DNA of 64,000 nucleotides from Candidatus Woesearchaeota archaeon (GTDB lineage Archaea; Nanobdellota; Nanobdellia; Woesearchaeales; GW2011-AR4): NCBI GenBank assembly GCA_016188245.1, contig JACPIE010000019.1, positions 1,442 to 65,441 of the forward strand, read 5' to 3'. Shown piece by piece: positions 60,486 to 64,000 of this stretch (position 1 is its first letter; each line of letters starts with the position of its first letter). The notes under the pieces were generated by a model. It saw only the letters and a program-made list of their open reading frames with translations, ran no database searches and was not told where the DNA came from. The position numbers and the translations under genes were made by a program.

Positions 60486-63400
60486 TTAAGAGCTATCTTC
60501 ATTGATTTGTGCCAAATTCAAATCTTCCGTCTCCAATTTCACAGGAGTTTTGAGGAGTTTTACATAATCCCCGACAATGGCCTTGTTTTTCCCTTCCCAG
60601 TCAATTTTATAGGTATATATGTCTGTTCCGGTCAGGCCTCTTTGATGATTAAACAGCTTAAAATACTTAAGCCCGTGCCCCTGCATATAAAACATCCTTG
60701 TAAACATGCTTCCCGTTAATTCCTTGCTGGACATAACAGCTTCAAACTCGTTCTCATTTTTTGGTATGATGGTTATTCCTAATTCAACAGTAGTTCCATT
60801 AAAACTTTTTTTGAGCAGCCCATCTTCTGTTGAAAAAGCAGCTAACCCTGGCCTCACAATTCCCTGCTGCCCAAATGCATAGACATCATGATTAGACATG
60901 TTTATAAAAAATCCGTTGCTGCAGGCATAAACCCCTCCATTATTTTTCCCGCAGCTGATAGTTCCGCCGTATCCCGGCCATGGGGCAACCCATGCATTTG
61001 CCTCGCTGTCACTTGCGATTGACTGCATCTCAAAATAGATATTCTCGGCCCTTTCTCTCGTGTAATTAAATTTCGTCATCATTTTTTCCACAGCCTGCTC
61101 CTGCGGCAATCCCCTGTTCTGCCATATTTCAGCCCTTTCAAAATTCCAGCTGCCAAAATGGCTCCATACTCCGCTTTTGCCAATCATATCCTCTGAAGCG
61201 ATAAAATAGGCTTCAGGAGGCTGGCAATGGGTGAATGAAAGAATTTTTTCAATTTGCATTTCATTAAATCTGAATGATTTTAGCCTTTTTTCTGCTTCTT
61301 TCTTATCCAATAATATAATTTCGTTTAGTATCTTTAATGACAGCTGAGTGTTGTTGTTTGTTTTGTACAGTGTGTTAAAGGCATTATTGCTTCCGCAGTC
61401 CAGCATCCTGAGGATTCCTGCAGCTTGCTCTTCATTATCCGTCATTAACAGCTTTCCAACCCAGTGCGCAGCAGGATAAGTTTGAGTGGTGCCGTCAAAT
61501 GTCACCGGTCTGTCGGCAAGCACTTTAAAGTGATGCCCAAAATCCCACCATGATGTGATGATTGCATTTTCGCTTGAGTTTTGATTTATTGCAATTAATG
61601 CATTGTACCATGCGTCATTGACTATGGGTATGTCAAACCTTGCAGCATTGATAGCAGCTTTTGTCGGGCTTGCATAGACAATCCCGATAAAAAGCACGAT
61701 TAGCACGCTGGCCGCAACGAGCCTGTGCACCTTAAACTCCTTTACCAGCCATTTGGAAGCATAAATGTATATTTTTCCAATAGCTACTCCAAAAGCCACG
61801 CTGAAGGCGGGAGCAAGCAATACAGTAAATCTTATCCCCTTGATGCTCGCGAAAATAGTTGAAGCAACCCAAAGAGACAATAATATGGAGAGCTTGAAAT
61901 CATATGATTCATCTTTTTTGTAGACGGAAATTCCAATTCTTGCAAAAATTGGAAGCATAATCCAGGCCAGCAGGCCAAAAACAGACACATCAAGGCCAAT
62001 CCTTACAAGCAAAAAGTATGCGCCATAAAAAATTGTTGTGCCTATGACATAGAAATAATCAAACTTCTTCATTCCCTCGCTTCTGTATATTGCCAGAATC
62101 AAGCCCAGCAGGCTAATAAAAAAAAGAAACGGGCCGCCAATGGAGTTTATTATGCCGCTGATCGAGCCTTCATTCAGCTCTGCAACAGTTGTGAACACAT
62201 TTGGCCACAAGTCTGCTGAAACAGGCGCTTTTATTGAGGGGAAGCTCAACGGCCCAAGAAAACTGTTTCTGAATATTAGCCATCCTGAAAATAAAACAAC
62301 GAATATTAGCGTTGAGAGGAAATAAAGCAAGCCCACAATAGCAATATTCCTGATGGCAGCGTTTGAAATAAATGCCCCCATATTGCTTTTTATTTCTTTA
62401 AAATTTATCAAAACCAGATATAGGAAGGTTATTGCAATAGTCGCGAGCAAAAAGTCAAATATGTACCACCATCCGCTCCATGCCAAGGTAAACAATCCAG
62501 TAAAGAACCCGGCTGCCACAGATATAACTGCAATCTTGAAGCCGCTCTTCATGTCTATCATCGTCACAAAAAGCCACGTGACTATCAGCGGGAAAAGCAC
62601 CACACTTACATCATTATCCGGGTGCAGGCTCCTTGATAAAAAAGCGCCATTAACTGCCATCATCAATCCTGCAAAAAATCCGCCAATATTTCCTGCAATT
62701 TTTCTTGCAATTAAAAATATAAGCAGCACGCACAAAGCTGAAAAAAATATCACAAGATGGAAGCCGGAGCGCATCAATGTCATGCCCGGAATAAAAAAAT
62801 GCAGGAATTTGTAAAAATAAGCCCACAAATATGAGTGAAGAATGTCGGTAAAAACAAATCTTCCAAGAGGGGCAAGCTGATGGTTGTCAAAAGGCTTTCC
62901 GTCCTTTAAAACATCCCCCGGATGCCCGTGATCCACAATATTTTTTGCATATCTGTACCAATAATAAGGGTCGATATCCGGCATATAGTTTTTGCCGTTC
63001 TCGTCCTGAAAAAAAGATTTGAAGTAAGCTGATGTTCCTTGTATCTGCTGGTCTATCTGCGCCTTGTTCTGGCTTATTACTTTTTGCAGCTCAGCCTCAG
63101 CCAGCGCATTTTTGTTTGCATCAGGCAGATTAGGGTATTGCTGGTCAATTGAAGACTTTATCTGCGATTTTATGTTGTTGATTACAGTGCTTGACGCCCA
63201 GGAGTCGGTGAATTGCAATGATCCTGCCTGCGCCCTTATGTAAATTGAGAGGATGATAGGTATAAGCGCAATGAAAATAACACCATACTTTTTGAAGAAG
63301 CCAATTATTTTGCTCCAGTCAATTGGCAGTTCATCATCGGGTTTTGAAGCATGGCTGTGCTCCAGACCGTCTGCATCGCTTTTAAACCATTTTTTAATCT

Positions 63401-63557
63401 TGCCAAAGTCTATGTTTATCTCTTCATCATCTTTTTTTTCAGCAGAAGAGCTTTCTCTATTCTCCTCTGTTTGTTCTCCCTCTTTCTTTTCGCTCTTGAA
63501 AAAATTCTTTATCTTGCTGAAGTCGATAGATATATCTTCGTCTTCTTTAGGATCCAT
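60486..63557 (-). CDS. aglB: Archaeal oligosaccharyltransferase, STT3/AglB family, with an N-terminal repeat extension
   Basis: The 1023-aa ORF has the first-loop acidic motif MPDIDPYYWYRYAKN, about 13 TM helices, the WWDFGHH motif (WWDYG variant; DNA 61536-61550) and a large C-terminal domain. A GGAGGTG SD lies upstream. Confidence 0.9.
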   Translation of the reverse strand: MDPKEDEDISIDFSKIKNFFKSEKKEGEQTEENRESSSAEKKDDEEINIDFGKIKKWFKSDADGLEHSHASKPDDELPIDWSKIIGFFKKYGVIFIALIPIILSIYIRAQAGSLQFTDSWASSTVINNIKSQIKSSIDQQYPNLPDANKNALAEAELQKVISQNKAQIDQQIQGTSAYFKSFFQDENGKNYMPDIDPYYWYRYAKNIVDHGHPGDVLKDGKPFDNHQLAPLGRFVFTDILHSYLWAYFYKFLHFFIPGMTLMRSGFHLVIFFSALCVLLIFLIARKIAGNIGGFFAGLMMAVNGAFLSRSLHPDNDVSVVLFPLIVTWLFVTMIDMKSGFKIAVISVAAGFFTGLFTLAWSGWWYIFDFLLATIAITFLYLVLINFKEIKSNMGAFISNAAIRNIAIVGLLYFLSTLIFVVLFSGWLIFRNSFLGPLSFPSIKAPVSADLWPNVFTTVAELNEGSISGIINSIGGPFLFFISLLGLILAIYRSEGMKKFDYFYVIGTTIFYGAYFLLVRIGLDVSVFGLLAWIMLPIFARIGISVYKKDESYDFKLSILLSLWVASTIFASIKGIRFTVLLAPAFSVAFGVAIGKIYIYASKWLVKEFKVHRLVAASVLIVLFIGIVYASPTKAAINAARFDIPIVNDAWYNALIAINQNSSENAIITSWWDFGHHFKVLADRPVTFDGTTQTYPAAHWVGKLLMTDNEEQAAGILRMLDCGSNNAFNTLYKTNNNTQLSLKILNEIILLDKKEAEKRLKSFRFNEMQIEKILSFTHCQPPEAYFIASEDMIGKSGVWSHFGSWNFERAEIWQNRGLPQEQAVEKMMTKFNYTRERAENIYFEMQSIASDSEANAWVAPWPGYGGTISCGKNNGGVYACSNGFFINMSNHDVYAFGQQGIVRPGLAAFSTEDGLLKKSFNGTTVELGITIIPKNENEFEAVMSSKELTGSMFTRMFYMQGHGLKYFKLFNHQRGLTGTDIYTYKIDWEGKNKAIVGDYVKLLKTPVKLETEDLNLAQINEDSS

Positions 63558-63568
63558 TATGCATTGCC

Positions 63569-63582
63569 ACCTCCCCGGAGGT
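63569..63582 (-). promoter_or_regulatory. Palindrome ACCTCC-CC-GGAGGT overlapping the aglB Shine-Dalgarno
   Basis: On the minus-strand RNA the SD GGAGGU can pair with an adjacent ACCUC (5-bp stem, 4-nt loop). It lies 12 nt upstream of the ATG. A TTTTTTAAAAAG TATA-like element is at 63591-63602. Confidence 0.3.
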
Positions 63583-63610
63583 AAAGAGCATTTTTTAAAA
63601 AGCTTTTGTT

Positions 63611-63659
63611 ATTGAAAATTCAAGATTCAATACATCATGCTTCAGTTTGAATTTTCAAT
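63611..63659 (-). terminator. 13-bp perfect inverted repeat (ATTGAAAATTCAA ... TTGAATTTTCAAT) with a 23-nt spacer
   Basis: It lies 29 nt downstream of the stop of the partial upstream gene and upstream of the aglB TATA. On the minus-strand RNA it is followed by AACAAAAGCUUUUU. It is either a terminator or an operator. Confidence 0.4.
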
Positions 63660-63687
63660 TCCGCAAATTCGACTATACCTATAAAAC

Positions 63688-64000
63688 TCAAATAAGCGCC
63701 GAACGTCGAATTTGCGTTATTGGGCTGTTTTGCTTCCTGGCAAAAATAATCTTGGAGAACAGCAGGAATCTTGGCTCTTTGATGAGCAGGCTGGCCATCA
63801 ATGGTATCGGAGTGTCCCTGTCGTATTTTTTCAATGTCCTTCTTACTTTTTCCTGATCCATCAGGCTAAGCAGCCCGTCATAATCTTTGTCGGAAAATCT
63901 GTTTAGCATATTCCTGATTTTGAGGTGAAGGAGCAGTTCCATTCCGGAATGCCTTTTGAATTCTTTGCTGTAGCTTTTATTGTTTGCAATGCAGTCGCAT
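63688..64000 (-). CDS. Hypothetical protein, C-terminal part (5' end off the right edge of the window)
   Basis: The ORF track starts at M 63942, but hand translation shows the frame stays open to position 64000 (..CDCIANNKSYSKEFKRHSGMELLLHLKIRN..). No family was recognised. Confidence 0.4.
   Translation of the reverse strand, partial: CDCIANNKSYSKEFKRHSGMELLLHLKIRNMLNRFSDKDYDGLLSLMDQEKVRRTLKKYDRDTPIPLMASLLIKEPRFLLFSKIIFARKQNSPITQIRRSALI

Noticed and set aside
1-64000. I searched by eye for CRISPR arrays, rRNA, tRNA, transposases or integrases, inteins, and stop-codon reassignment.
   Set aside because: I saw no regularly spaced direct repeats. No intergenic gap is long or structured enough for an rRNA or tRNA. 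No DDE or tyrosine-recombinase motifs were found. All long ORFs end at standard stops with tight gene packing. A covariance-model scan (tRNAscan or Infernal) would be needed to exclude small RNAs formally.

Overview
This 64-kb window reads as part of a small, tightly packed genome of an uncultivated archaeon. The evidence is an STT3/AglB oligosaccharyltransferase with a WWDFG motif, TTTAWATA boxes about 23-30 bp upstream of many start codons (leaderless first genes), and GGAGGTGA Shine-Dalgarno sites on operon-internal genes. The lineage (possibly DPANN-like) is inference only.

Almost the whole window is one large cell-envelope glycosylation island:
- about 8 GT2 (dolichyl-phosphate-sugar synthase-like), 2 GT4 and 2 GT9 glycosyltransferases;
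- 6 multi-pass GT-C-like membrane transferases: AglB, two GT39/ArnT-like, one YfhO-like, and two unassigned paralogues;
- many nucleotide-sugar tailoring enzymes: WecB-type epimerases, a UDP-sugar dehydrogenase, Gfo/Idh/MocA oxidoreductases, SDR epimerases/decarboxylases, an FdtA-like cupin, a sugar C-methyltransferase, three further SAM methyltransferases, two deacetylases, a B12-radical-SAM enzyme and a FemAB-like transferase.

Four things stand out:
1. A complete bacterial-type ADP-heptose pathway (GmhA, HldA, GmhB, HldC) with two GT9 heptosyltransferases, an embedded deoxyhypusine-synthase-like gene, and a divergent RHH-plus-degenerate-nucleotidyltransferase fusion.
2. Two loci of very large secreted proteins extremely rich in N-x-S/T sequons, including an SD-coupled six-gene operon with an S8 protease fused to FG-GAP repeats and a CARDB/cadherin-like adhesin.
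3. A mirrored pair of two-gene membrane modules (large GT-C-like protein plus small membrane protein).
4. Small accessory islets carrying a RelE-like toxin with a convergent antitoxin-like ORF, and a HEPN-like protein.

I found no rRNA, tRNA, CRISPR array or transposase. All family calls come from motif recognition by eye; no database search was run.
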